64,000 bases of DNA, from NCBI RefSeq assembly GCF_006345805.1, contig NC_043009.1, positions 15,190,001 to 15,254,000 on the forward strand. The letters run 5' to 3'. Positions 1 through 13,749 of this stretch are shown here, one piece after another (positions within the stretch are counted from its first letter, which is position 1; each line of letters begins with the position of its first letter). A model generated the notes under the pieces. That model was not told the origin of the DNA and ran no database searches. It saw nothing but the letters and a program-made list of their open reading frames with translations. A program made the position numbers and the translations under genes. This DNA comes from Octopus sinensis (taxonomy: Eukaryota).

Positions 1-839
1 ATGAAGGAATTAAGTTTATCTTAATTGCTTTGATGTGACTCTACTGTATACTGTTTTCTCTCGCATCCTTTTTCTAATTCCCTTTTTTGCTTCCCTTCAT
101 CGTTTTCTAACAGTTCCGTTCCTCTCTCTCTATCCCTCGTCTCTTTCCCTCATTCTCCGTTTCGTCTCTTGTTGATTACACGTGACCATCGTCCATCTTT
201 CTCTTCCTCGCGTAATCATCTTTCTTTTCTTTTAGGACTGTAGTAAGGACAGCAAGTATCCTATCTCTCTCTTCTATCTTTTCTCCTTTCAAAGAAGAAA
301 ATTAGTCCAGCTTTCGCTATTTTACCCTCGTTCTAGTCTAACGACCCTCCGTGTATGTTTTCTTCGGTTTATCTTCCCAACTTTGACGCTCTATAAAGCC
401 CAAAATTTATTTGGATACTTATGGGAACAACTGTCTATGAAAACTCGTATTGTTGTTCAATGCTCGAAATGAGGAATAGATTGACAGCCGACAACCGATG
501 AAGGGTCACTCCTTATGTTAGTTGCCCTGTCTTCCATTTGTTTCAGTCGTTGCTTGTGTATTGAACTCGTTTGTTTCCGTATTTCACGTTGTTTAATGAT
601 GGTGATGCCCTGTACCCATATATGCATGTGTGTGTAAATATATATATATACCGTTTACTCTTTTACTTTTTTAGTCATTTGACTGTGGCCATGGTGGAGC
701 ACGATGTATGTATGTATATGTATATCTATACGGCGTTCAATCAAATAATAATATAAATAATATATACATATATATTATTTACATTATTATATGATGGAAC
801 GCCATGCATCTATTTCCAAAATAAGTTTTTATATATACA

Positions 840-953
<114 letters not shown>

Positions 954-2096
954 CATTAGGTTGTGTGTGTATGTGGGCGGGATGGGGGTGTACTCATAAT
1001 TTCTATTTTCTGTCCTTCTCCGAATGTTTCTTCATAACAAAGAAAAATTAATAAATATTTGTTAAGATAGACTTTCAATGTTTGACATTGCCAATATATT
1101 GACCAAAATTTATATTTGCGATGTTATTCAGAAATAGAATGTCACATTTTAAATCTTTCAATAACTTGGTCGTGTTCGTTGCACAGAAATAATGATGTCT
1201 ATAAAACGAACGGAACACATTGCAAATTACTATCGGATGCAGTGAGTTCAACGTAAATTCATATTTTATTTTATGTCTTCTATTTACTGGTAAAGAAAGA
1301 AAAAAATCTCAACTGACGTGATGCCATAGATACAATGTTGTTATATCTACCACCTCCTCAAACCAGAGAACTTATGTTTCGGCGTAGTCGAGAGGTAATT
1401 CAACATACCCATAAAAGCATGCAACCTTTCGACTCAGGCATAACTAGCACTATATCCAAAATTTATACACATCATCTGCTGCGGGCATGTCGACGTTGCC
1501 AACCCTTATTGTTGTAGATAATGACGATAACGGTAGATGTATTGAATAGGCTTGATAATAAATACTCTCAAGATTATTTGTTGCAATTTGTGTTCAAATA
1601 CAGTTTTCCTGTGATGAAGTATCCGTCTTTTCCTAAATTCATACAAATGCCCATCAGGGATCTGCCACAACCTGTATATGGGTGTGTGCTGTGTGTGTAT
1701 GTGCGTGTATGCGTGCATGAGTGCATGTGTGCGTGCATGAGTGTGTGTGTATGTATGTGTGTGCCCACGTGTGTTTGTTCGTCTGTGTGTGTATATTGTT
1801 CCGTGATGGTAATCTCAACAAAAAGTATTCCATTTGTTGAGAGATGAATATCATTTAATAAACGCATAAATACTATAAGTTTTTATGTATTACTAAATGT
1901 TTCTTGTGCTTAGAATATGCCAAACATTGTTTACAACACGCCAGATAGTGCCCACGTGCCGTAACGAAATAAAAACAGGTTGTGCAAAATAAGCGAGAAA
2001 AGACGTCTTATAAAACAATTTTTGGCATCTTTTCAGCTCATGAAACTAATAACACATAAAAAGATATATTGTGTAAGCTAAATAATATATTTGCGT

Positions 2097-2117
2097 TTGT
2101 GTGTGTGTGTGTGCGTG

Positions 2118-2186
<69 letters not shown>
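2097..2186. repeat. (TG)n microsatellite
   Basis: Read directly from the sequence. Confidence 0.97.
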
Positions 2187-2189
<3 letters not shown>

Positions 2190-2760
2190 ATGTCTATTTG
2201 TCTCTGCATGTGGTGCTCTGATTATATGTAAGATAATCCGATATAGTGTGATTAAATTCAGCTTCCGATATACGTATTTTGTAAATTAAAAGTATACAGA
2301 AATGTCTTAAAAGGTTGCAGGTAAAAGGAAAACAATTGGCGGCGAAGAGCAAAAAGCAAAATGAAAAAGTGCAAAGAACTTATTGGAAAGCAAAATATTT
2401 CAAGATATCCGATAACACTAATGTGAAGACTACACTTTTAATAGTAGATGGAGGAATAGTTGGAAAAGTGATGACTTTATATTCTCAGTTGTATGGGTTT
2501 GCGATTTAATTTGAAATGTCTTAATTTTCTTCTAGTGTTCGGATACATGGTCTGCAGTGATACCTTTCACTAAACAATGAATTCTAGAATGATCATTTGT
2601 ATGCTCCCAGAATATCTTTCTCTCTCTTTGTGCACCATCACTTTTGTTCCCTAAGTTTTGCTCATTGTCACCCTGGCAATGAGGTTTAAAAAATTCATCT
2701 ATCTTTTCAAAAGTGTTTTTTTTTTCAAGTCATCACTGAAGCAGGTTTCTATACCGACAG

Positions 2761-3128
2761 GAGGCGCAATGGCCTAATGGTTAGGGCAGCGGACTCACGG
2801 TTAGAGGATTGCGGTTTCGATTCCCAGTCCGGGCGTTGTGTGTGTTTATTGAGCGATAACACCTAAGCTCCACAAGGCTCCGGCAGGGGGTGCTGGTGAC
2901 TCCTGTTGTACTCTTTCGCCCCAACTTTCTCTCACTCTTTCTTCCTGTTTCTTATCCCGGACTTCCTACGCAAGCGCTGAGCCTAGTTGCGCATTCATCC
3001 ATCCGTCGATGCTCTCGGTGTCGGGGGTTGACCTGCTTTCTCTTCAGCGGGTCTTACGAATAGCAAAGGACCACGTTTCGGATTTCTCCCATTCTGGGAC
3101 GAAGAGCGCTTCGCTCAACAGCAACAGC
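2761..3128 (+). mobile_element. tRNA-derived SINE (GGAGGCGCAATGG head), tail variant A
   Basis: A-box-like TGGCCTAATGG and B-box-like GTTTCGATTCCC. Head and body shared with the copies at 16.6 and 19 kb. Imperfect 10-bp target-site duplication ATACCGACAG (2751-2760) / ATACCGAGAG (3129-3138). Confidence 0.9.
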
Positions 3129-4881
3129 ATACCGAGAGCATACTCTCTGATTTGTTTCTAAAAGATTTTTTCAATAATTTCAGTTCTTGGCGAAGTTAAC
3201 ATCGTTGCTTTTATTTTATCTGTTTATTTGATATGCATATACACAACGACACATATGTATGTGTATGCGTGTGTATGTGTGTGTGTGCGTGCGTGAATAC
3301 ATACACAGAAGCATATACAGCAGGTGGCATCAAGTCAGATCACGTATATTATATAATATTCTGTTGAAAATTTGAAATGAAAACATAAGTCATGCGCAAT
3401 TATTTTACGGAGAAGACTATGAAAGCCAAATGAGAAGCATGAATTTCTCGACAGCCATTTTGACTGCGTAAAAGATTATTCGATTCGTCCAACCTGGCTT
3501 AAATTGCATAATGAAACACATTTTTAATCTTCCTGTATGTTGTAGGAAGTTAAGTCACAAGACGACAGCGTAAAGAGAAAAGTGTTGAGACTGCATTGAC
3601 ATTTGTATTTCTGTGTAAAACATACATTTAGAATGATTTCTTTTAATTCGTTTTCAGGATAATGTTTTATGTAAATAATTGTTTATTCAAGTGAAAAGAT
3701 CCGCATGTTTAGATGATATCAGCAAATTGTTATCTAAAGAATTCATCAAGTTAAGCATTTATTCTTCTGCCAATGAATCTGTGAGTTTAAGAAAAGTGTT
3801 GTCTTTGTAATAATACGTGATCAAACATAGTTTATCAACTGTGACATAAAATACAAGCCTGTTTAACATCTTTTTCGGTGACTGTTATTCTCTTTTTATT
3901 TATTTCATTATTTTTGACTTGTTTGCAAGATAATCAGAAAATTGTTTGCGTGCAGAATCTCAGACATTGAGAGACTAAATCATCATAGTATAACGAAAAC
4001 TGACAATAAGATAACCCAGAGAAATATATTATGGAAATCAAAACATTGAAATTTTATTCCATTTTGTAAAAGAAAAGTATGATGCGTTGAAAAGCGAAGA
4101 CAAATTTCTGATACGATAACTAACCATAAAAATAGGTTCCCTTGCATTGTAGCGTTACGAAAATATACAATAGTGTAACATTCGTTGGGATGAATATAAC
4201 GTCTGATTCAGCGGGAAAAGTGGTATTTTTAGATCTGAAATATGATCTAAATTGCGTGGTATTAAGGATGTCTTACTGTTGGAAAATTTAGAAGATACTA
4301 AAGATAAATTACGTTCACATTCTAGCAAAAATTTGAAACTAGGACTGAGAAATACTATTATAAGATCACTTCAGAAAAATATAAATTGTTACATATTTAT
4401 ACGCATACATACATACATACAAACATACATACATACATACAATACATACATACATGCATGTGTAAAATGTTATATGAACGAAATAGGAAAAGCAGCAATT
4501 TTGTCCGAAACGAAGCTGCACATTACAGTATGAATGGTGATACCTTTAAGGTAATCAATGCTCTTCTCCATGAAGAACGAGTACCTTTCAGCAGATCAAC
4601 CCACAACCCAACTCAACAACTCAGTCACTGACAAAAAAAAATGAGTTTTACTATTTTGTTTGCGAACGGCTTGAACTCTCTTAAGAACCTTAAAAAATCA
4701 AAGAAAAGCATCCATATACATACATATGCATCTCTATCATCATGTATTAATTTTATATGTTTGTATATATATATATACACACAGATTTACACTTACACTA
4801 ATATTTATACGTGTATATATGTACATGTATATTTATGTATATGTCAATATAAATGTATATATATATGTGTATCTATATGTC

Positions 4882-4951
<70 letters not shown>

Positions 4952-5373
4952 CATACATACACACAGACATGTATGATATAATAAAACGGAAGATGTGTGT
5001 GTACAAGCCTCTTTCTCTTGAACCACCTTAAAATCAATATTTTACATTCGATTTCGTTCACGCTGGGAACATACATCGCTTATGTTTAAGAGTTGGTCAT
5101 AACAACTTCAGATTTTCCCCATGATGCGTAATATCATCCCCAGGGGACGAAAACTCTTTCTCATAGTTAAATAAAAAAAATACCAACGATTGTCTCTTCA
5201 AGGGACATTACTCTTCAATACGTAGTTATGCTACTTCCACTTCGTCTTCTACTACAGATCTTACGATTCCCATTCACTGTAAACCGCCGATATTTGCACA
5301 TTAGCACTTCTTTGAGGTAACCATGAAATTTAAATCAATTTTAATTATTTTTAAATGCCTTCAGAAATTAATC

Positions 5374-5416
<43 letters not shown>

Positions 5417-5525
5417 ATATATTATATATATATTCTGTGCTTTTACTAATAAGTAATATGTTACTTTTATTACAGATTTTACAATACCCATTTACTGCAA
5501 ACTGCTGATAATTGCACGTAAGCAC

Positions 5526-5765
5526 AGGGCTGTTCTTGCACCTACAAATGCAGCTGTCACCACTCTTAACTAGGAGTTACTCAGAGTAAGCCACCTGCTC
5601 AAGGTCGTTGTTACAGATCAGTTGACCCCTCGATCAGGTTACACAATTTTTAACAGAATTTCTTTGCTCCAAACAACATCCAGCATTCTCTTCCCATGAA
5701 CTCCACTTAAAATTGGTTGCCCTGTCATCCTCCTACGTAATCTAAACGCACCCACAATATGTAAT
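5526..5765 (+). pseudogene. Helitron PIF1-like helicase fragment (frameshifted, in-frame stop)
   Basis: Translates to RAVLAPTNAAVTTLN*...EFL...HELHLKIGCPVILLRNLNAPTICN, matching the Helitron RepHel/PIF1 C-terminal motifs LAPTN and L.LK.G.P.ILLRNL.P..CNG. Confidence 0.85.
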
Positions 5766-6215
5766 ATCATATGTTGTCATATGATAGAATATATAAATAT
5801 AAAATTTAAAATTTAGATATGGAAATGAGTAAAAAATTTGTAAAAATTTAACCTCGGTAAAACTTAAATTTAAATTTACAAAAGGCTTTCTTAAAAGTCG
5901 AATGTAAAATATGAAGGCGAAATATGTACCAGCATTGTTATACTAAAAGGTGTATATATTTTAGATGTAAAAGCCAAATTCAACTTCGCAAGCCGAAAAG
6001 ATGCTTTGCAAATCCAAAAATGACCCATACGGTATTTTTTCAGTTATCATTTTAAATCTCGAGGCGTGCCTGCAGGAATTCAAAGCCCCTTTTATTTTCT
6101 GATTTTCTTTTTTTTCCTTTTTTTCATACTCCTTTTTTAGCTTGTAACAAGTAAGTAGCATATTTAGAAATGTGTATATATACATACATAAATAAATATA
6201 TATATATATATATAA

Positions 6216-6271
<56 letters not shown>

Positions 6272-7289
6272 TGTGTGTGTGTGTGTGTGTGTGTGTGTGT
6301 CTGTGCATATATATATATATATTATATGTACGTAGATACCTATATATTCATTAGGGTATATATATATGTATATATATATATATGTTTGGCCTGTATTTGT
6401 TTGCACATGTATGTTTAGTGTATATGTGTATGTAAAGCTATTTTGGTATGTGTATGCATCACTAAATGTGTATGTATTTGTATGATGTTAGTTCTTTGCA
6501 AATGTTTTTATTTTAAACAAGTCATATCTTTTTGACTAATTTAAATTTGTTTTACCATTAATTAATTTACCTTGTGTATACAGATTTTTTGGGTTTTGAT
6601 TTAAAGATTTCTTCGATTATATAAGTCTTATTTTAAATCGTAACTTTAATTATATAGACGGTTATAGAAAAAGCCGTTAGTTGAGAGAGCCAATGGAACA
6701 ACCCCAATTTCAAATGTGTATCTATCGATGTAATTGTATAATTATGCAAATAACCTTATTTTTGTTTTATTCTCAACCAAAACTGTCCGTCGAACCGGAA
6801 CGTGCAAGTGTGAGTAACAGTTTTTGTCACCAATAAAAAAACAAGTATGATTCAACTAAATCAAAAATTACCCCAAATGCTAAGCGAACAAAGACGGACC
6901 ATCCCACTTCCATTGCGTGCGAACGCGCACATGCACACACGAACACATACACTCTCATACACACATTCACATACCCCCTTTTACATACACACGCATATAT
7001 TCACACAGAGTTGAATCGCTGTTTAATTTATTTTTTAGCGTGCAATTTTTATCATCCTACTACCAAGTATGACATCACCCCTTCCTTCCTTCCGTTTTCA
7101 TCTATCGCCCCTTTTTCATTAATAAACACAAGAGTATTATTACAGTAGATTATCTCGGTAACCATGGGAGCTATGAAACAATACAAAGCCCAGCACCACC
7201 ACTGGATCATTCTACACATCTGAGTAACTTTAAGGCAATTCCACCCAGCCGTTTGATCGTGAATCCTAGGAAGAGAAATATCGCCCATG

Positions 7290-7342
7290 TTATATTTATA
7301 TATATATTATATATATATAATATATATATATATATAATATAT

Positions 7343-7414
<72 letters not shown>

Positions 7415-7443
7415 TATATATTATATATATATATATATACATT

Positions 7444-7512
<69 letters not shown>

Positions 7513-7516
7513 TATT

Positions 7517-7545
<29 letters not shown>
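7290..7545. repeat. (TA)n / (TATG)n microsatellite
   Basis: Read directly from the sequence. Confidence 0.95.
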
Positions 7546-7547
<2 letters not shown>

Positions 7548-8085
7548 TAAGTTTTAGATTTTTACAATTGGCGTGAAACTTTAGATTTAATGTCACCAGT
7601 ATTTTATACCAGTAATTGCAGTCTGATTGATAATTTAATGTTTTTAATTTGCTCAATTTACACAATTGATAGCCAAGTGAATGGTTTTTGTGTCAGCTTA
7701 GTCTCCCTTGCTGAACAGTTTAGTTGCTGTTTTTTTTTTTTTTTAGTATAAAGTAAATATATATATGTTTTTGTTGATTATGATCAAGATTTCATTATAT
7801 CATATAAAATTCATGTTTCAATTCTCTTCGAGCAGGATGCAATTCCTAGACTGACCAAAAGGATTGTTTCAGACATGATTCATATGCATTAGTTGAAATA
7901 TGTAATGTATTATTTTTTTTTTAATCACAAATATAACATATACATTTTTTGAGGTATTTAATGGAACCGACTCCATTTTTTTTATCAGGTATTCTACCGC
8001 TGAAAAACTTATTCTGAATTTGCAGTTTCAATATTTGGAGTGAGCGTATGCTTATTTAAGGTAATATTTGTAATATATATATATA

Positions 8086-8198
8086 TCACCGTGACCGACG
8101 AGGCTATCAAATGTTGCTACATATCGCTGGTCACAATGCGCTTTGCATTGTTTTAGCCTTCAAATGACGCCATCCCGCTGGCTAAGCGAGCAGGCCAA
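8086..8198 (-). mobile_element. ~112-bp SINE tail-B-only element flanked by (TA)n
   Basis: Matches the 3' tail of the SINE at 16572-16848 and the near-identical copy at 35496-35604. Confidence 0.85.
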
Positions 8199-8363
8199 TA
8201 TATATGTGTGTGTGTGTGTGTGTGTGTATGTGCGTGTGTGTGTGTATTTGTGCGTTTGTGCGTATGCGTGTATGCATGTATGTATATGTATATAAGTGTT
8301 TATATATGTATGTATATATGTGTGTGTGTATGTGTGTGTGTGTATGTGTGTGTGTGTGTGTGT

Positions 8364-8402
<39 letters not shown>

Positions 8403-9299
8403 AGTTACATTCATAGATTTTTATTTTGTATATTCTTTTCCTGAATGATGAAAAACCGCTTGCATAGATTTTCATTGACAGCTAACCTGAAAACAAATAC
8501 TATTAGATAAATCTTGCTTGGCAACCAGTTTCAGGAACAATTTTCATCGAATTTAACGTGTATTGGAAGACAATGTTTCTTCAGAAAGCGAAATACATTT
8601 ACTTTAAATTGAAATATAAAAATGTAAGACATTTCGACATATGACTCTCCAAAATATTTTGGCTTGTTCTGAAATTGGATTCATTCATTGGCTTACGGCT
8701 ATGCTCAGTTTATTCAATCAAATCTTAATTTTCAAGGAACACATTCCTGCTAGATTTGAATTTTTTTTACATAGGATCATATGTTTTGTACTACTTACAC
8801 AGTAACATGGACCAGTCAATATTATTACGTAAACATAGTTTTAAAATAATCTCATCTTAAAACGCATTTCATATCTTAATTCTTCTCGATGGCTGTCAAA
8901 ATAAAATTCAATAAAATATATGAATGTACATTTACAACTTTGCAATGTAGTTATTATTTTCAAAATGGTTCGGGTATATTTTGTTAAAAAATCGGTTTCA
9001 AATATGTATTTTACATTTCTGCAATCCCTTTATTGACTTATACTGATTAAGATCGTATTTCGTGTCATTTTTAAAATGTATTTCGAAGTTAACTTACGAT
9101 AGTCAGTTCAAGTGCACAATTTTGTTCATGAAAACGGTTAGCTGCCAGTATCGACAAAACCTATACATGAAAGTGAATGTGTTCGGATAAATTTTATGGC
9201 GCGAGGAAATAAAAAGAATCTAGTTTACTGCACTGAGACTTCACTAGGTGAAAGCAATATGATATCCTATGTTTCTGGCGCAGATATGAAATCATGATC

Positions 9300-10060
9300 A
9301 GGAACAAGTGTTTGTTTGGATGCTTGATTCTATAAACAGGTTTGTGTATCTAGGCAGCACCCTTGAAAATGCAGTCTCTCTAAGAACGTGCAAAACTACT
9401 GATGCATTCTGAATCGTTGGAAAACGCCAATACCCTCCAAGTGGTATCTCTCTTCTGATACTAAAGTGAAGATTTATATAACGCTTGTGTTGCTCTCCCT
9501 GTTGTATGCTTGTGAGATGAGCATGAACTACGGAAAGCATCTGAAACTGTTGGATTGCTACCATCATCAGTGTCTACGTCATATCTTGGTTCTGCATTGA
9601 AATATCTATGTGAGGGATGTTGTTGTCCTTGAAATACGTCATTGCGGATGTGCTGAGTCAATCATTTTGCCTTATCGGTTCTCCTCAATGATCTACTTAA
9701 TGAGAATGGAGGTCAGCAGGACTCTGAAGCAACTTTTGTATGTTGAGCAGAGGAATGGGATATGTCTACCTTATAAACATAAGATGAGTTTCGAAGGTTG
9801 CCTAAACACATTGCTGAAGAAATCTAACATCTTGAAAATAGGCCGGGAAGAAACTGTACCGGAGTGGGCAAGATGGAGGAAAATAGCATATGGTGCACGT
9901 GACAATTTCAAAATAGCTTAGGAAATAATGAAGGTTGCAGAGCGATGCTAGTAAGGCTATGGACATGGTATTTCCTGGATGTGGGGGCCCAGAATAGGCT
10001 TAAAGCATGTGGATGCGGAATGCCACATTTGGAGAGTTGACCTCAATTGCACTACACGCA
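9300..10060 (+). mobile_element. RTE-clade LINE, decayed 3' part of RT ORF
   Basis: Frameshifted translation gives FVYLGSTL...KVKIY...SLLYACE...KHLKLLDCYHHQCLRHIL...EWARWRKI, typical of the RTE RT C-terminus. Confidence 0.75.
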
Positions 10061-10575
10061 GCATAACACCAGGGCATTAATCTGGCAAGGTGTACTGGAG
10101 GCTTGAAACGACATATGAAAGGGCATGATGACCAGGTGATTCAAGTTGGGGATATTCATGTATGTAACATCTGTGCCAAAGAAAATAGGTGCGCTACTCA
10201 TACATGAGACAGATTCGGAAATGCTTCAATCCATGGCTATACATGAGAACGAGGAAGCACCCATCGTATTTATATGTACGTACATATGTATGGATGCGTA
10301 CGTCGTAAACGTTTGTGATGCATTTGTTATTTTACATGCTTCAATCATTAATGTGAGGCCATACTGGGTTCCTAGGACCGGAAAATTTAGTCAAACAACT
10401 AGACACCCAGTATGCATTTTTAAAGTTTCGTACTTCTTTCATAGGTCTTTTGCCGACACACTACGTTAAGGTGACGTAAGGAAAGCAACAGCATTAGCGA
10501 AACGTTGGACAGAGTACAAGAAGAGAAAGTCACAATTATACATTGATAGATAGGCGCATTCATGCATATATATAT

Positions 10576-10716
10576 TTATTTACTACCCACAAGAGGTTAA
10601 ACATAGAGGGGACAAACAAGTAAGTCGATTACATCGACCCCAGTGCGTAACTGGTACTTAATTTATCGACCCCGAAAGGATGAAAGGCAAAGTCGACCGC
10701 GGCGGAATTTGAACTC
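10576..10716 (-). mobile_element. tRNA-derived SINE, most abundant family in the window (central GACTTTGCCTTTCATCCTTTCGGGGTCGATAAATTAAGTACC domain), partial
   Basis: High identity to the copies at 11.3, 17.0, 29.1 and 55.5 kb. The central domain resembles the MetaSINE domain as I recall it (unverified). Confidence 0.85.
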
Positions 10717-10729
10717 GTATATATTTGAA

Positions 10730-10775
<46 letters not shown>

Positions 10776-11209
10776 TGTGTGCGTCTGTGTTTAGTATTTT
10801 ACTAAAAAGAAAAAAAAGAAATTTCGAACGCAGTAAATTTGTAAGAACAGCATAGATAAAATTATATATTTAGTCTTATATGCCAAAAAAAAAAAAAAAT
10901 ACCAGCAGCCGGCTACGAGAGTCGAACCAATATCCGCAGATTGTCGCGTGAGTGACTAAAACGTTCCTGGCAACAACAGTTGGTCAATTTTAAAGCTAAA
11001 TAATAGCGTTCCGATTGAGACACCGTTTTATAAACAAACATTGGGAGCGTCGAATATATTTGGTATTTTGCAGACAAGAAAGTAAATATCAAATGCAGTA
11101 AAGCTGTAAGACCCGTAGAAAAAGACTGGGTAGCTACCCTGATAAGACGGACATAAGTTGCCAGCAAGCGGGTAGGGTCGTCGAACTTGTATCCCTCAGA
11201 TACCGATGG

Positions 11210-11252
<43 letters not shown>

Positions 11253-11265
11253 AATATATATATAT

Positions 11266-11498
11266 ATTTCTTTACTGCCGTCAAGGGGCTAAACATAAAG
11301 GGGACAAACAAGGACAGACGAAGAGATTAAGTCGATTACATCGACCCCAGTGCGAAACTGGTACTTAATTTATCGACCCCGAAAGGGATGAAAGGCAAAG
11401 TCGACCTCGGCGGAATTTGAACTCAGAACGTAACGTCAGACGAAATACGGCTACGCATTTCGCCCGGCGTGCTTACGTTTCTGCCAGCTCGCTGCCTT
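11266..11498 (-). mobile_element. tRNA-derived SINE, abundant family, full length
   Basis: On the minus strand the head GGCAGCGAGCTGGCAGAAACGTAAG and B box GAGTTCAAATTCC precede the central domain and the ...GTAAAGAAA tail. Confidence 0.9.
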
Positions 11499-11500
11499 AT

Positions 11501-11559
<59 letters not shown>

Positions 11560-11580
11560 AACACACACACACACACATAC

Positions 11581-11620
<40 letters not shown>

Positions 11621-12809
11621 ATATATATAGTGTATTATTTTGTACATAGAATATATTAAATATCTCTGTCTGAGAGACAGAGAGAGGCGGAGAGGTTGAT
11701 AAAGAAACTGGTAATGGCAACGCGACTTTCCAAACTTTCGTCAATTAATGATGGTGGACACAGCTGTATATGCGCATTTTTATAGTCATGATAATTATTT
11801 CTCCCATTGCAACACTGCAATTTCAGAGGTGGTTTTACCCACTTCTTTCAGCCACAGTATTTGTATGAGTATCTGCACTATAGGCTGCTACTGTTTCTGT
11901 TGCTGCTGTTGTTGATGCATAGATTGTAGTCAATATCGATATGAATATTGTAAATTTGCATAGCGGTATATTGTATCATTACTGCCATTTATTTTATTTT
12001 TATATACATTTTACCGGAGCTCAATTATTATGCGATGATAGCACACTGTCATACTTGTCCTTAATTTATTCTTTATTATCAACCCAATGTGTTCCATCAA
12101 TTATCTTGAATAGTAATACAATCGGGAATTAGGCATATTTCACTGCTGCTGTAAAGATAACTTTTATTATACCTTAGACCTTAGAAAATTTTAGTTTCAT
12201 GAAATCAACGTAAATAGAATATGAAACACAAAACAGAGCCGAAAATGATCAATACTTATCATATAACTGCTACTACAGTGTCGAAACACTATGGATATAA
12301 TTGTAGGATTGTCAACTGCCTTCATCGATTGCAATAATTGGCTATGGGTTTACTGGAATATCATTAACGGCAAGTATCTGTTAGTTGCAGCATGTAGCGC
12401 AATACACAATACTCTGCTCATTATCAAGCACTTATTCGTCGGATGGTACAGTTAAGAAACAATACAAACCGACAAAATAACTTATTCGATGGTGATATGA
12501 TGTTGTGGATACAATTTTATACGCGACTTCGTGGCCATTGAATTTCTTTTCATGCATTTGTCGATGACTCGATGACTTGCGAAGTGCGTAATCTAGATGT
12601 TGAATGTACGTGATGGCCCCCACATATTTAGTAATCTTATATGGGTGTGCATAGGTGCGTGTGTGTTTATTAATGGTTATGTGCTTGTGCATGTTCCTGC
12701 GTGCGTGCCTGTGTGTGTGCGCGCGGGTGCACTGCGTGCTTATATGCACACAGAGATAACGAGTGTATCGAGCATGAGCATAATTTCTTTTTTATATTTG
12801 ACGCAGTTT

Positions 12810-13300
12810 ATTCAAATACAGGAGAACACTTCGTTCAAATAATACTACTACTCAACAAAATAGCCATCACACCCAATGTATTTGAACTCATTTTTGAAAT
12901 CATCTTTAGAAATAACAAGATGTTACTGTACCATCATCTTCTCGGCCACTTTGAGCTCGTCTATGGCACCAGATTGTTTGTACCTGAGATTTCCAATTGC
13001 CACAGATGTTCAGATGCGCAAACTCTCCCGCAAACTTTGGAAATGCTTTTGTAACCCCAGTCTTCTTGCACACTAAGTTCATTGATTCTGAATCATCTGA
13101 GCGCACTAACCAATTTACTAATGATATAATGAGACTTGGCAGTGACCGAAGTTGCTCGCCTCCCACTGCATGACTTTACTTAAATAGCGTTTTTTAAACT
13201 TTTTGTGATACTTGTGCACATTTCTCTTGTCAGTGGTGTCATTTCTCTTAAAACTTATGGCTCTTAGTTTGTGTCGAACAACCCGACCCATAGTTAGTCA
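12810..13300 (-). pseudogene. Ancient mariner-type transposase relic
   Basis: Across frameshifts: NVHKYHKKFKK...SGRRATSVT...LRESLR...NICGNWKS...IGCDGYFVE..YY. These are collinear with the mariner motifs W.K.FK.G...RSGRP.TS.T, KICARWVP and TGDETW..YY. Confidence 0.5.
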
Positions 13301-13749
13301 ACAACTCGATGACACCGCATAATTTCTCACTGGCAATCATTATTTCACAGCAATAAAGAAGAGCAGAGAGAGAAAATATGCAAACAGGTGACTCTAACAA
13401 CGGGTGCAAACTGATTGTCCTATGTAAACGTCTTCAAAAATTCCTCACAAATTATTTGCAGTCAATCCTTTGTGTAAGCATATCGTTCTATCACTACTTT
13501 CCATATATAATTTGATTGCTGCTTCGAAAAATCTAATTAACGTCAAAGGAATGCGTCGAATTAGTTTGACTAACTAAACTGAGGATAAAATACCATGATT
13601 TATTTTTAAAAGATCTAGATTCTATTCTATGAACCTAATACAAGTTTCATAGTTAGGTCAGCCATATCTTTAACAATTTGTGATAGGCTTTAGTTAGAAT
13701 GCTGCCAATTTTCGATGGAATTTTAAAGGATTTTCGTTGTCAATTGCTT

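Noticed and set aside
1-560. CCGATGAAGGG..CCTT near 495-515 as a hammerhead or Penelope terminal repeat
   Set aside because: The core is altered and no GAAA follows the hairpin. It may be an old repeat, but I cannot support a call.
1335-1690. Two in-frame ORFs separated by one stop
   Set aside because: No recognisable protein motif, no convincing splice sites, and the frame runs into a (TG)n tract.
2761-2835. tRNA genes at SINE heads (also 19250-19323, 31405-31460)
   Set aside because: The A and B boxes continue into repeat bodies with TSDs and have no proper acceptor stem, so they are SINE heads and not tRNA genes.
10895-10975. B-box-like GGTTCGACTC followed by a T-run on the minus strand (possible Pol III gene or tRNA)
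   Set aside because: No A box at a suitable spacing and no cloverleaf.
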